In this document: positions 45,782 to 56,225 of the stretch, piece by piece
How the letters are laid out: every line of letters begins with the position of its first letter
How positions within the stretch are numbered: position 1 is the first letter of the stretch
Source of the DNA: Vicinamibacteria bacterium
Lineage (GTDB): Bacteria; Acidobacteriota; Vicinamibacteria; Marinacidobacterales; Marinacidobacteraceae
Assembly (NCBI GenBank): GCA_963422395.1
Contig: OY729431.1
Location: 2,816,001-2,880,000 of the forward strand
DNA length: 64,000 nt
Reading direction: 5' to 3'
Translations under genes and position numbers: made by a program
The notes under the pieces: generated by a model
Databases searched by the model: none
What the model was told of the DNA's origin: nothing
Seen by the model: only the letters and a program-made list of their open reading frames with translations

Positions 45782-46987
45782 TCAGATCTCGTCGGCGCCT
45801 TCGAAGCGGCCCGCAGCTCGACCCGGTTTCACCACCTGGCGCCCCCGGGCGATGACGAGCGCCCCGGCTGGAACATCCTTCACGATGACCGACCCACCGG
45901 CCACGAAAGCCCGCCGTCCGATGGTCACCGGAGCCACCAGGAGCGCATTGCTGCCCACGAAGGCGCCGGGTTCGACGACGGTCCGATGCTTCGCGCGTCC
46001 GTCGTAGTTGCAGGTGATCGTCCCGGCGCCCAGGTTGGCCCGAGCGCCGACTTCGGCGTCCCCCAGATAGGAAAGGTGCGAGAGAGACGCCTGCCGACCC
46101 AGCACGGCGTTCTTGGTCTCGACGAAACTTCCCGCCAAAGAACCGGGTTCGAGCCGGGTGTCGGGGCGCAGGAGGGCAAAGGGGCCGACCCTCGCCTCCC
46201 GCCCGATCGAACTATCGAGAATCACGGAATGGCTGAGCACCTTCGCGCCCGCGCCGATCTCCGCGTTCTTCAGCCGGCAAAAACTCCCGATCCGGGCTCC
46301 CTCCCCGATGGTGGTGTCTCCCTCGAGATGCACCGAAGCGCCGATCCGGGCTCCCGGTTCGGCGCGGCAGGAAGGATCGGCCCAGAGGCTGTCCGGATCC
46401 TCTACGAGCACTCCGCCAGCGAGGAACCCTTCGGCGGTGCACCGCTGCGCTTCGCGGACCGCGGCGGACCAACCGGCGGCGTTTGCGACCCGCGAACAGC
46501 GCCGAACCGTTCCGCCGAGCGCCGGGGCCGGTTCCAGCGCGTCCAGACAGCTCTCGAAGGTCGGACGAAGCGCCGGGGCGAGGTCCGCCGCCGCTCCGGC
46601 GACTGCGATCACCTGACTTCGGTCGTTCTCGAGCCGGAGCGGAGCCGGAGCGGCCCTGCCGACGAGTTCCTGAAGCTGCTCCGTCGGCAGGGAAACCAGC
46701 CCGCCGGGAAGCAGCAGCCCCCGAGCTCCGCGGGGAAGGCCGTTCAGCGCAGCCGGGCCTTCCGGAGCAGCGACGAGCCGCGCTCCGGCCGCCGCCGCGA
46801 ACGCTGCCGTGGCGGCAGATCCCGCCTCGGCGACGGTGGCGCCGAAGAACGGCGCGTCCGCGATGGACGAAGTTTCAGCACGGACAACCACGAAATCCAT
46901 CACGGTCTCGACTCGGGACGAGGAGGCCGGAGAGTCTCCGACCAGCGACGCAGCCCAACCCCGACCGGAGATTCTACGCCCGCCCAA
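45782..46987 (-). CDS. glmU: GlmU-like protein: intact acetyltransferase beta-helix, degenerate N-terminal domain; start uncertain (ATG at 46900 possible)
   Basis: [36 protein letters not shown] and FVGSN motifs; no LAAGxGTRM motif. Confidence 0.75.
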   Translation of the reverse strand: MGGRRISGRGWAASLVGDSPASSSRVETVMDFVVVRAETSSIADAPFFGATVAEAGSAATAAFAAAAGARLVAAPEGPAALNGLPRGARGLLLPGGLVSLPTEQLQELVGRAAPAPLRLENDRSQVIAVAGAAADLAPALRPTFESCLDALEPAPALGGTVRRCSRVANAAGWSAAVREAQRCTAEGFLAGGVLVEDPDSLWADPSCRAEPGARIGASVHLEGDTTIGEGARIGSFCRLKNAEIGAGAKVLSHSVILDSSIGREARVGPFALLRPDTRLEPGSLAGSFVETKNAVLGRQASLSHLSYLGDAEVGARANLGAGTITCNYDGRAKHRTVVEPGAFVGSNALLVAPVTIGRRAFVAGGSVIVKDVPAGALVIARGRQVVKPGRAAGRFEGADEI

Positions 46988-47687
46988 GGCGCTGCCGACC
47001 GTTCGGCGCCACCACGATGGTCACTTCCCCCCGCACCGGCTCGCGTTCCGCCCGCACCGCGAGCTCGGGCAGCGGGCCGAACCAGTGGTCCTCGTGGATC
47101 TTGGTCACCTCACGGGAGAGCGACGCTTCCCGAGGCCCCAGCAGCTCGGAGAGTTCCCCGAGCAGACGAGCGGTACGCCGCGCCGACTCGAAGAAAACGA
47201 GCGATCCGGGCGCCTCCGCCGCTCGCCGCAGGAAAACCTGTCGTTTTGCGCTCCGCCGCGCCGGAGGAAAGCCGAAGAAGGTGAACCGATCGGTGGGCAG
47301 CCCGGATACCGAGAGGGCGGCAGTAACCGCCGAGGGGCCCGGAACCGCCCGCACCGGAAGGTTCGCGGCCCGGGCCGCGCGCACGATGCGGTACCCGGGG
47401 TCGGAGATCAGCGGCGTTCCGGCGTCGGAGATCAGCGCGACATCATCTCCAGCCTCGAGCCGGCGGACGAGCGATCGCGCCCGCGAGACTTCGTTATGGT
47501 CGTGGCAGGCGACGAGCCGCGCCGAAAACCCGAACCGGGACTTGAGCCGGCGCGCCGCTCGGCTGTTCTCGCAGGCGATCCACCGCACCGCGCGGAGTAC
47601 GGAGAGAGCCCGCGGCGAAAGATCGTCGAGATTGCCGATCGGGGTCGCGACGACGAAGAGGCTTCCAGCGGGCGGGCGCTCGTCCAT
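46974..47687 (-). CDS. rsmI: 16S rRNA (cytidine1402-2'-O)-methyltransferase
   Basis: [29 protein letters not shown] and REVTKIHE motifs. Confidence 0.93.
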   Translation of the reverse strand: MDERPPAGSLFVVATPIGNLDDLSPRALSVLRAVRWIACENSRAARRLKSRFGFSARLVACHDHNEVSRARSLVRRLEAGDDVALISDAGTPLISDPGYRIVRAARAANLPVRAVPGPSAVTAALSVSGLPTDRFTFFGFPPARRSAKRQVFLRRAAEAPGSLVFFESARRTARLLGELSELLGPREASLSREVTKIHEDHWFGPLPELAVRAEREPVRGEVTIVVAPNGRQRLGRA

Positions 47688-47750
47688 TCGGCGAACCGTA
47701 TCCCCCGTATCCCCGTGCCGCCGCACATCGTCATCGGCGACAATGGCCGC

Positions 47751-48722
47751 ATGAGAACCCCGTTGGACTACCAGACGGCGTTCGCCGGGCGCCGCTTGGC
47801 GGTCACCGGTGCCCGCGGATTCCTCGGCGCACGGCTGACGGACCGGCTCGTCGGATTGGGAGCACGGGTGGTGGGGTTCGACCGGGCCCCCGGCGCCCGG
47901 GAGAACGGGAATGCCGTCTTCGTCTGCGGGGATCTCGCCGATCCGGCGGCGCTCGGAGAAGCGCTCGATGGCGCCGAAGTCATCTTCCACCTCGCCGCCG
48001 CCGCCGGCCACCGCGAGAGCATGGAACGCCCGCTGGCGGACTTCGAGGGGAATGTGCTGGGGACCCTTCGCCTGCTTCGCGCCGCTGCGGAACGCGCCCC
48101 GGCGGCGCGGATCGTCTTCGCGAGCACTCGTCAGCTCTACGGGCGGGCGCACCGTCTGCCGGCGCCCGAGAACCATCCGGTCGAACCCCCGGATGTTCAC
48201 GCCGTCCACAAGGAGACCGCCGAACACCTGGGACGGCACTTTTCGAAGCAGCGCAGCATCCCGTTCACCGCCCTGCGGCTCACGAATCTCTACGGGCCGG
48301 CTCAGCCGACCCGCGGCCCCGCGGCCGGGCTCACGGGACGGTTCCTGAGGCAGGCGCTCGACGGCGAAGGCATCACCATCCTCGGTGATCCGAACCTCCT
48401 CCGCGACTTCGTCCATGTGGACGATGCAGTGGATGGGTTCCTCCGCTGCGCGATGCCCGCAGCTCCGGCCGGACTCTGGAATCTCGGGGCGCCGCCGGTG
48501 AGCCTCGGCGAGTTCGCGGCAGCGATCTTCCGCGCCCTGGACGAGCCGCCGCAGATCCGCACGGCGCCCCTTCCCGAGGATTTCCAGTCCCTCGCGATCG
48601 GCGATTTCCACTCGGACTGGTCGGCGATCCGGGCCGAGCTCGGCTGGGAACCGAGCGTGGACCTCGAGCGGGGGCTCCGAGGCACCGTACGGGCGTTCCG
48701 GGAGCACCCGGCAGCTCGGTGA
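47751..48722 (+). CDS. NAD-dependent epimerase/dehydratase
   Basis: TGARGFLG, FHLAA, LRLTNLYGP and RDFVHVDD motifs. Confidence 0.88.
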   Translation: MRTPLDYQTAFAGRRLAVTGARGFLGARLTDRLVGLGARVVGFDRAPGARENGNAVFVCGDLADPAALGEALDGAEVIFHLAAAAGHRESMERPLADFEGNVLGTLRLLRAAAERAPAARIVFASTRQLYGRAHRLPAPENHPVEPPDVHAVHKETAEHLGRHFSKQRSIPFTALRLTNLYGPAQPTRGPAAGLTGRFLRQALDGEGITILGDPNLLRDFVHVDDAVDGFLRCAMPAAPAGLWNLGAPPVSLGEFAAAIFRALDEPPQIRTAPLPEDFQSLAIGDFHSDWSAIRAELGWEPSVDLERGLRGTVRAFREHPAAR

Positions 48723-49846
48723 GAATTCGGTTCCAGCAGCTCGCCGCCGGATCCGATTCCGGACTCCGCAGGGCACTCGATCGGGTGCTCGCGTCGGGCT
48801 ATTTCGTGCTCGGGCCCGAAGTCGAGGCCTTCGAGCGGGCTTTCGCCCGGGCGCTGGGCGTCCTCCACGCGGTCGGAGTGGGCTCGGGGACCGACGCGAT
48901 CACCCTCTCGCTCCGAGCCGCCGGCATCGGACCCGGAGATCGGGTGCTCACCAGCGCGTTCTCGACCGGATACACCGGGCTCGGCATCCTCCACGCGGGA
49001 GCCTCCCCCGTCTTCGCCGATGTGGAGCGAGAGAGCCTCTGCCTGGACTCCACGGCAGCGGAACGAGTGCTGGAAGGAAGCGAGATCGCCGCGATCGTCC
49101 CCGTCCATCTGTTCGGCGGCGCCGCCGCTCGCTGGAAACGACTGCTCGAGGCCGCCGCCCGCCGCGAGATTCCGATCATCGAAGATGCCTGCCAGGCGCA
49201 CGGGGCTCGCTTCGAGGGGCGGGCGCTCGGCTCCTTCGGCGCCGCTGCCGCCTTCAGCTTCTATCCCACGAAGAATCTCGGCTCGCTCGGCGACGCCGGG
49301 CTGGTGGCCACCGACGACGCGGAACTCGCCGACCGGGTCCGGCGACTCCGGTCCGGCGGACAGACCGCACGGCACCATCACGAGGAAATCGGTTGGAACA
49401 GCCATCTCGATGAAATCCAGGCGGCGGTCCTTTCCCAGCGGCTTCCCGGCCTTGCGGCAGCGAACCGCGAACGCCGGCGGCTCTCCCGCCGCTACCGGGA
49501 GGCGCTTTCCGGGACCGGTCTCGGTTTCGTGACCCCGGGCCCCGGAGTCGAGAGCGCCTGCCATCTGTTCGTGGTCCGCAGCCCGGCGCGGGACGCGCTG
49601 CGCGAGCACCTGGCCGACGACGGCATCGAATCTCTCGTCCACTATCCGGTTCCGCTTTCCGAACAGGCGGTGTTTCAGCGGTTCCGGGCCGAGCCGGAGA
49701 AGTTCCCCGAGGCTTCCCGAGCGGCCGCAGAAGTACTCAGCCTGCCCCTCCACCCCGGATTTGCCGACGCGGAAGTGGATCGGGTCGCGGCGTCGGTGCG
49801 CTCGTTCTTCGCCGGCTCTCCGGCGGCGCCGCGGATGGCAGAATAG
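48719..49846 (+). CDS. DegT/DnrJ/EryC1/StrS sugar aminotransferase
   Basis: GSGTDAI, PVHLFG, IEDACQAHG and FSFYPTKNLG motifs. Confidence 0.93.
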   Translation: MRIRFQQLAAGSDSGLRRALDRVLASGYFVLGPEVEAFERAFARALGVLHAVGVGSGTDAITLSLRAAGIGPGDRVLTSAFSTGYTGLGILHAGASPVFADVERESLCLDSTAAERVLEGSEIAAIVPVHLFGGAAARWKRLLEAAARREIPIIEDACQAHGARFEGRALGSFGAAAAFSFYPTKNLGSLGDAGLVATDDAELADRVRRLRSGGQTARHHHEEIGWNSHLDEIQAAVLSQRLPGLAAANRERRRLSRRYREALSGTGLGFVTPGPGVESACHLFVVRSPARDALREHLADDGIESLVHYPVPLSEQAVFQRFRAEPEKFPEASRAAAEVLSLPLHPGFADAEVDRVAASVRSFFAGSPAAPRMAE

Positions 49847-49850
49847 GCCG

Positions 49851-50693
49851 ATGGGAATCGGGCATACCGGCGCCGTCCTCTGTCCGAGCTGCGGGCAGCT
49901 GGTGGGAGCGCGCGACCAGGAGTGCCTGTCCTGCGGGCGCCGGAATCCGGGGCTCTACGGATTCGCCAGGCTGCTGCGTTTCGACGGCGGCGGCGGCATG
50001 AAGCTCCTGCTCGGGGCGAACATCGGCCTCTTCCTGCTGGCTCTCGTGCTGAGCGTCGGCGCGATCGAAATGCGGGGGCTGCTCGGTTTCCTGAGCCCGG
50101 ACGGACGGATCCTCTACCGACTGGGCGCGGCGGGGGGCATTCCGGTGTTCGGCGTCGGCAAGTGGTATGCGGTGTTCAGCGCCGGCTGGCTCCACGGCGG
50201 CCTCCTCCACATCTTCTTCAACATGTACTGGCTGTGGAACCTGTTCCCCCTGACGAGCCAAGCCTTCGGCGCCAGCCGGTCGCTCGTGATCTACCAGGTA
50301 TCCGCGGGAACCGGATTCCTGCTCTCGTCGTTCCTGGGAGCGTCCGCGATCTCGATTCCGGTGCTCGGAGGAGCGCCGGGGATCACGGTCGGAGCTTCGG
50401 CGTCCCTCTGCGGGTTGCTCGGAGCCCTTCTCTACTATGGACGACGCACCAGTTCCGACTTCGCCCGCACCATCGGGCGCTATGTGATCTTCATCGGGAT
50501 CTTCGGCGCTCTCGTGCCCGGCATCGACAACGCCGCCCACCTCGGCGGATTCGCGGGCGGCTATCTGACGGCCTCCTGTTTCGGAGCCTTCACTCCCGAG
50601 CGCGGAAAGCACGCCCTGTGGGCCCTCGGGCTCCTCGGGCTCAGCGTTCTCGCCATCCTGCTCTCGGTGGTCAGGGTTTCCGCGTCCGCCTGA
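49851..50693 (+). CDS. rhomboid intramembrane serine protease with an N-terminal zinc ribbon
   Basis: CPSCG...CLSCG, HGGLLHIFFN, GASASL and AHLGG motifs. Confidence 0.9.
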   Translation: MGIGHTGAVLCPSCGQLVGARDQECLSCGRRNPGLYGFARLLRFDGGGGMKLLLGANIGLFLLALVLSVGAIEMRGLLGFLSPDGRILYRLGAAGGIPVFGVGKWYAVFSAGWLHGGLLHIFFNMYWLWNLFPLTSQAFGASRSLVIYQVSAGTGFLLSSFLGASAISIPVLGGAPGITVGASASLCGLLGALLYYGRRTSSDFARTIGRYVIFIGIFGALVPGIDNAAHLGGFAGGYLTASCFGAFTPERGKHALWALGLLGLSVLAILLSVVRVSASA

Positions 50694-50712
50694 ACGAACC
50701 GGAGAGGAACGA

Positions 50713-50901
50713 TTGGCCAAACTCGCAAGGGCGAACGAGGGCCGGCTGCTGCTCGGAGTCTGCGCCGGGCTCGCCGACTGGTGGAACATCGACCGGACCC
50801 TCCTCCGGGTCCTCTATGTGCTGGTGAGCGTCTGCTCGGCAGCCTTCCCCGGCATCCTCTGTTACCTCGTCCTCGCGATCCTGATGCCTCCGGCGGAATG
50901 A
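50713..50901 (+). CDS. PspC domain protein
   Basis: LLGVCAGLADWW...LRVLYV...YLVLAILMP. Confidence 0.88.
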   Translation: MAKLARANEGRLLLGVCAGLADWWNIDRTLLRVLYVLVSVCSAAFPGILCYLVLAILMPPAE

Positions 50902-50917
50902 TCGGACGCGGGGACCG

Positions 50918-51772
50918 TTGAGGAGCGGCTCCCTCGGTACCGCTCGAGAGGCTGCGGGCGGACCCCCCGGGGCACAAGACATCGACTCCGGCATCCGGGA
51001 CAGCGCGCTGCGGCTCGGGGGGGACGGGCCCAGCGCTCCGGCACGGCTCCTGACCCGATTCGCACCGGACCCGGCCGCCTCCCGCCGGGAGGTTCTCGCC
51101 TCGCTGAACCACTGGGCCCGGGGTGCGGGGTTCGCGGTAGCCGTCGTGCCGACGAGTGCCGGGCCGCTGTTCGCCGATTTCCGCGCGCTCGGTTTCGACG
51201 ACGCCGGCCCGATGCCCCGTTACTTCGCCCCGGCCCGGCCACCTCTCTGGCGCCGCTTCCTGACGGAGACCCTGCTGCCCGCAGCGCGGGTTCCGGACGG
51301 CCTGCAGGCGATTCCCAAGACCCTTTCGGCGGCGAACGACTCGGCTCTCCGGGACCGCTTCGCGTCCGGCTTCGGCGCTCTTGCCGAAGCGGAGGCGGAC
51401 CCCGCTTCCGCCGGGATCACGCTGCTGCGGGGGGGAGAGCCGGTCGCCGGCGCCCGCTGGCGTCGTGACGAGGCCGGGACGGCGACCGTCACCGGTTGGC
51501 TCGCCCCGCCGGGGGAAGCGGACCTGGCCGCAGTGCTCGCCGGGGAAGCGCTTCGGACCGCCGCTGCCGGAGGCGCAGCGGGAATCCGGTTCGAGACGAG
51601 CCACGCGGTCCTCGGCAGGGGGCTGCTGCTCGCGCGCTTCCTGCCCCGAAAATCCCGCGCCCGCATCCTCGTCCGGCAAGGCGGCGCGCGAGACCTGCTG
51701 GCGCCGAAGACCGCCGGCTGGCACCTCACCGCACCGGCCCGGATCCGCCTCCCTCCGGGAAGTCCATGGTAA
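50918..51772 (+). CDS. hypothetical protein (possibly an eroded GNAT-like fold)
   Basis: Fills the gap between pspC and tRNA-Glu; Ala/Gly/Arg-rich; only weak GNAT-like pattern. Confidence 0.5.
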   Translation: MRSGSLGTAREAAGGPPGAQDIDSGIRDSALRLGGDGPSAPARLLTRFAPDPAASRREVLASLNHWARGAGFAVAVVPTSAGPLFADFRALGFDDAGPMPRYFAPARPPLWRRFLTETLLPAARVPDGLQAIPKTLSAANDSALRDRFASGFGALAEAEADPASAGITLLRGGEPVAGARWRRDEAGTATVTGWLAPPGEADLAAVLAGEALRTAAAGGAAGIRFETSHAVLGRGLLLARFLPRKSRARILVRQGGARDLLAPKTAGWHLTAPARIRLPPGSPW

Positions 51773-51796
51773 AATACGATCCTACAAGCCGCTGGC

Positions 51797-51871
51797 GCCG
51801 CTATCGTCTAGGGGTTAGGACGGGTGGTTCTCAGCCATCAAACCGGGGTTCGAATCCCCGTAGCGGTACCA
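51797..51871 (+). tRNA. tRNA-Glu(CTC)
   Basis: Anticodon arm GGTGG-TTCTCAG-CCATC; T-arm; CCA; TAAAAT -10 box at 51770. Confidence 0.95.
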
Positions 51872-51905
51872 GCCGGTGGGGAGTACCGAACCGGGTCGCA
51901 CCGCG

Positions 51906-52841
51906 GTGAAAGAGCCCCGAATTCGGTGTGAGGTGGTTCGGGGAACCGGACCGGCCCTCCTCGCCCACGGCGGCGCCTGGGACATCCCGGACGACGAACG
52001 GGAACCCCACCGCCTCGGCGCGCTCGCCGCTTCCCGGCTCGGTTTCGACCAGCTGCGGGGCGGCGCCTCGGCACTCGACACGGTGGAAACCGTGGTGTCG
52101 CTCCTCGAGAACGACCGGGCCTTCAATGCGGGCGTCGGATCGACCCTGAATCGGGGCGGCGAAGCGGTCCTCGACGGCTCGATCATGGACGGCGAAGACC
52201 TCCGGGCGGGTGCGGTAGCAGCGGTCTCGACGATCCGAAACCCGGTGCAGGTCGCCCGCCGGGTTCTGGAAGCCACCGGGCAGGTCCTCCTGGCCGCCCG
52301 CGGGGCCGAGGAATTCGCCGAAGCGCAGGGGTTTCCCCCGATTCGCCCGGAGGAGCTCGTCGTGCCGCGCGAGGTGGCGCGGCTCGCGCGGTATCGGCAG
52401 GCGAGGCGCTCGCCGGAGAGGCCGCAGGCGGCGCCGTCCGACACCGTAGGAGCGGTGGCGCTCGACCGGAAGGGTCGAATCGCGGTGGCGGGATCCACCG
52501 GGGGAACGCTCGGCAAACGTCCGGGTCGGGTCGGAGACACTCCGCTTCCGGGAGCCGGGTTCTATGCCGACTCCCGGGTCGCCGGCGTGGCGTGCACCGG
52601 GTGGGGCGAGGGGATCGCCCGGCTCGCCTTGGCCCGGGCAGTGCTCGCCCGGATCGAAACCGGCGAGGATCCGGCCGCCGCCGCCGCCGCGCTCCTGAGC
52701 GTGCTGTGGACCCGGGTCGGCGGGACTGCGGGGATCGTGATCGTGACCCCCGACTCCCGGCTGGTGAGCGCCTGGAATACTTCGCGGCTGGCCCGCGGCT
52801 GGTCTCATGAAGGGATGGAGGAACCCTCGGCGGCAGCTTGA
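51906..52841 (+). CDS. isoaspartyl peptidase/L-asparaginase (Ntn hydrolase)
   Basis: HGGAW, FNAGVGS, D|TVGAVA, STGG and GRVGDTP motifs. Confidence 0.92.
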   Translation: MKEPRIRCEVVRGTGPALLAHGGAWDIPDDEREPHRLGALAASRLGFDQLRGGASALDTVETVVSLLENDRAFNAGVGSTLNRGGEAVLDGSIMDGEDLRAGAVAAVSTIRNPVQVARRVLEATGQVLLAARGAEEFAEAQGFPPIRPEELVVPREVARLARYRQARRSPERPQAAPSDTVGAVALDRKGRIAVAGSTGGTLGKRPGRVGDTPLPGAGFYADSRVAGVACTGWGEGIARLALARAVLARIETGEDPAAAAAALLSVLWTRVGGTAGIVIVTPDSRLVSAWNTSRLARGWSHEGMEEPSAAA

Positions 52842-52874
52842 CTCCCGTGTTAGATTGGCCGGTTGGGGTCGCTG

Positions 52875-52950
52875 GCGCCCTTGGCTCAGTGGACAGAGCA
52901 ACAGGCTACGAACCTGTAGGTCGGGGGTTCGAATCCCTCAGGGCGCGCCA
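52875..52950 (+). tRNA. tRNA-Arg(ACG)
   Basis: Anticodon arm ACAGG-CTACGAA-CCTGT; T-arm; CCA. Confidence 0.96.
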
Positions 52951-53058
52951 CCCTCCTTGGTTTTCGCGGCCTCCGACCCCGCCCGTGAGAACATCGGGGC
53001 CTGGAAAGGAAGCTGACCGTGCTCCCTCTCACCTGGCCGCTGTCCCCCGGAGACCGCG

Positions 53059-54516
53059 ATGACTTGCCGCACTGCTAGTAGGCCCACCTGGTTCCTCCCG
53101 TCGGTTGTGTTCTGTGCCGTTTCGCTGCCGGTCGCCGTCTCCCACCTCTCATGCGCTTCGGAAACGGGAACCGGTGCTCCCGCGATTCCTCCGCCGGAAC
53201 CGACCGCCGGAACTTTCGAGAACACCGCGCCCGTAGCCGACGCCGGCGCCGATACCCTCGCCAACGAGCATGAGCGGGTCTCGCTGGACGCGAGCCTCAG
53301 CACCGACTCCGATGGCACGATCGTTTCTTTCCGCTGGACCCAGCGCCCGAGCGATGCTCCCCCCGTCGCTCTCGAGGGATCCAACACAGTCAGGCCGAGC
53401 TTCACCGTGCCGGATGTGATGGAGGACGCGGTGTTCGTGTTCGACTTGGAAGTCCGGGACGACGACGGGGCCTCCGAAACCGACGACGTCCGGGTCCAGG
53501 TGTCCAACCCGGACCGCCCGCACAACATCATCATGCGAGTCGTACGGGACTGGACGTCGTACCACTCGGCCTACGGAGGCTGGCCCTCCGCAGTTCGGAT
53601 CCGAGAGAGCGAGTGGCTCAAGTACTTCGAAGCCGCGATCTGGGAAGAAACGGATTCGGTCCACCTGTACGAGTTCGACAGCGACTTCGATCCGTTACGC
53701 GGCGGGCAGCCGGGTATGCCCCCGGAGCGGGCCGTAGCGCACCGGGAGGCCTACCGGATAAGCCGGGCGACCGGATTGCCCCCGGCAGGCTCGCCAGCGA
53801 GGAGCCGTTTCCTCCAGGAGGCCTTCACCGGCTTCGCCGAGATCCTCGCCGCGCGCTATCCCGATTCCGATCATCACTTCATGTATTCCGGACACGGTGG
53901 ACCCGGCGGTGCTCTCTTCGCAGCCCATATGCGCCCCCCGGACGCGAATCGGTTTCTCGCTTCCTGGACGGCCGCCCTCGGTCGCCACCTCGGAGTCATC
54001 GACATGGGCGGCCCGTGCAACAAGGGCAGCTTCTCCGATCTGAAGAACTTCTGCGGATATTCCCGCTACTACATCGCCTCGGACCTGACGAACGGCGGCT
54101 ATCGGATGGACCGCTGGACTATGGAAAAACATCGAGAAACGGACCCAGAAGAGCAGTACCACACACTGTTCTCCCGACTCTACGGTCTCAGAGAGGTCCT
54201 CGCGGCGCGCCTCGACCTGAGGCAGCTCCGCTACGAGTATTCGAGGAACGACATGATTCGGACCGGGACCATGCAGGCGAACTATCTGTACTCCTGCTGG
54301 AGATTCGCCGAGTTCGCCCCGGGGTTCGAAAACTTCCTGGATGCGGTAGCGGCGCCGTACGACTATCTCGACGACCTGTTCGAATACATGGTCGAGCATT
54401 CCGCACCGGCGGAATCGATCGATCGATTTCACGCAGTCACCCTCCACAGCGTGCACAACCGCGACTTCTTCGAATGGCCGGAACGTCGTCACGGAATCCT
54501 GATGCCGACCGAGTGA
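53059..54516 (+). CDS. exported PKD/Ig-like domain protein with a putative clan CD (clostripain-like) cysteine peptidase domain
   Basis: NTAPVADAG...LDASLSTDSDG...FRWTQ (PKD); FMYSGHGG and IDMGGPC as a His/Cys dyad. Confidence 0.7.
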   Translation: MTCRTASRPTWFLPSVVFCAVSLPVAVSHLSCASETGTGAPAIPPPEPTAGTFENTAPVADAGADTLANEHERVSLDASLSTDSDGTIVSFRWTQRPSDAPPVALEGSNTVRPSFTVPDVMEDAVFVFDLEVRDDDGASETDDVRVQVSNPDRPHNIIMRVVRDWTSYHSAYGGWPSAVRIRESEWLKYFEAAIWEETDSVHLYEFDSDFDPLRGGQPGMPPERAVAHREAYRISRATGLPPAGSPARSRFLQEAFTGFAEILAARYPDSDHHFMYSGHGGPGGALFAAHMRPPDANRFLASWTAALGRHLGVIDMGGPCNKGSFSDLKNFCGYSRYYIASDLTNGGYRMDRWTMEKHRETDPEEQYHTLFSRLYGLREVLAARLDLRQLRYEYSRNDMIRTGTMQANYLYSCWRFAEFAPGFENFLDAVAAPYDYLDDLFEYMVEHSAPAESIDRFHAVTLHSVHNRDFFEWPERRHGILMPTE

Positions 54517-54632
54517 TCCCCAGCCGGAACCCGGAGACGGCGCGCTCCCGGGACCCCTGGGAGCAAAGCCACTCCCGGGAGCCATACATCTGCCATCATT
54601 GCGCCCAGCGGAATCGCAGGAGGCTGTGACCG

Positions 54633-56141
54633 ATGTTCGACCGATCCATACAGCATTCCGCTGCTCTTCTCGCTGCGCTACTCATTCCCGCGGGGATCTT
54701 CGCCCAGGAACGCGATCTCGATCTGGTGATCACCGGCGGGCGCGTCCTCGACCCGGAAACCGGCCTCGATGCGGCCCGGGACATCGGGGTGGTGCGGAAC
54801 GAGATCGTCGCGATCTCCCGCGAGGTGCTCACCAACCGCTTGAAACAGGGCGGGGTGCTGCTAGACGCCGCCTCGAGAGTGGTGAGCCCCGGGTTCATCG
54901 ACCTCCACGCCCACGGCCAGTCCGCCGAGGCGAATCGGTACCAGGCGATGGACGGGGTGACCACGGCGCTGGAGCTCGAAGGGGGTGTTCCCCGGATGGC
55001 GCGCTTCCTGGAAAGCCGCGCCGGGGAAGCGATCCTCCACTACGGGGCCTCCGTTTCCCACGGCGGGCTGCGGTTGCTCGGTATCCCGGGAATCAGCGAA
55101 CAGGCCGCGGCCATCCTCGATGCCGAGAGCACCGGCGCCGAACTCGTGATCGAGCACGCCAACCTGCTGCGCGAGGCGAATTACACCGCGGTGGACCCGG
55201 ATCTCCGTTCCTCGGTGCACGAGGCCATCGCCGCCGAAATGCGCGCCGGCGGGCTCGGAATCGGCTTGCCGCACCAGTACTACCCCGGCGCCACCCACAC
55301 CGAGATCTACCGAGTCTTCGAACTGGCGGCTGAACTCGAGGTTCCCATCTACACCCATGTGCGCGACATGGCGGTCTCCGCGATCCAGGAAGTGCTCGCC
55401 AACGCCCTCGCCACCGGAGCGCCGCTGCACATCGTCCATCTGAACAGTTCGAGCCTCCACCACCTTCCGGTGACCCTCGACCTGATCGCAGGGGCGCGCG
55501 CCGCGGGGGTGGATGTCACGACCGAGGCCTACCCCTACACCGCTGCTTCCACCGGCATCTCCTCCTCCATCTTCGACGAAGGTTGGCAGGAAAAACTCGG
55601 AATGAGTTACGGAGACATCCAGTGGCAGGACACCGGGGAGCGGCTCACCGAAGAGACCTTCGAGTTCTTCCAGGAGGAAGGCGGCACGGTCATCATGCAC
55701 ATGATGAAGCCGGAGTTCATCGAGCTCGCCATGCGGACGCCCTTCGTCATCGTGGCTTCCGACGGAATGCCCTACGCCCCGGGCGCACACCCGCGGTCGG
55801 CAGGCACCTTTTCCCGGTTCCTCGGGCGCTATGTGCGCGACCAGGGGGTCGCAGCGCTGCCGGACGCCATCGGGCGGATCACTCTGCTGCCGGCGGAGCG
55901 CCTTCAGGAAGTCGCGCCGTCGATGCGCCGGAAGGGGCGGATCCAGATCGGTGCTGTCGCCGACATCACCATCTTCGACCCGGCGACCATCGTGGACACT
56001 GCGACCTTCGAGGACGACCTGAGCTTTTCCGAAGGCATCACCCATGTCGTGGTGGACGGCGTTCCGGTCGTGCGGGACGGCGCCCTGGTTCCGGGCGTCT
56101 TCCCCGGAAAGCCGCTCCTCGGCCGCTACACCTCGGAGTAA
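54633..56141 (+). CDS. amidohydrolase, D-aminoacylase/D-glutamate deacylase-like, with signal peptide
   Basis: PGFIDLHAH, EAYPY, VASDG, HPRSAGTF and KGRIQIGAVADITIFDP motifs. Confidence 0.88.
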   Translation: MFDRSIQHSAALLAALLIPAGIFAQERDLDLVITGGRVLDPETGLDAARDIGVVRNEIVAISREVLTNRLKQGGVLLDAASRVVSPGFIDLHAHGQSAEANRYQAMDGVTTALELEGGVPRMARFLESRAGEAILHYGASVSHGGLRLLGIPGISEQAAAILDAESTGAELVIEHANLLREANYTAVDPDLRSSVHEAIAAEMRAGGLGIGLPHQYYPGATHTEIYRVFELAAELEVPIYTHVRDMAVSAIQEVLANALATGAPLHIVHLNSSSLHHLPVTLDLIAGARAAGVDVTTEAYPYTAASTGISSSIFDEGWQEKLGMSYGDIQWQDTGERLTEETFEFFQEEGGTVIMHMMKPEFIELAMRTPFVIVASDGMPYAPGAHPRSAGTFSRFLGRYVRDQGVAALPDAIGRITLLPAERLQEVAPSMRRKGRIQIGAVADITIFDPATIVDTATFEDDLSFSEGITHVVVDGVPVVRDGALVPGVFPGKPLLGRYTSE

Positions 56142-56225
56142 CCGCCTCTCGCGGGGCGGGCGAGCCGCAGGGAAAACCAGAGAAATCCGCTCGTCGGCCC
56201 ATTCCCTCCCGACCCCGCCGGAACC

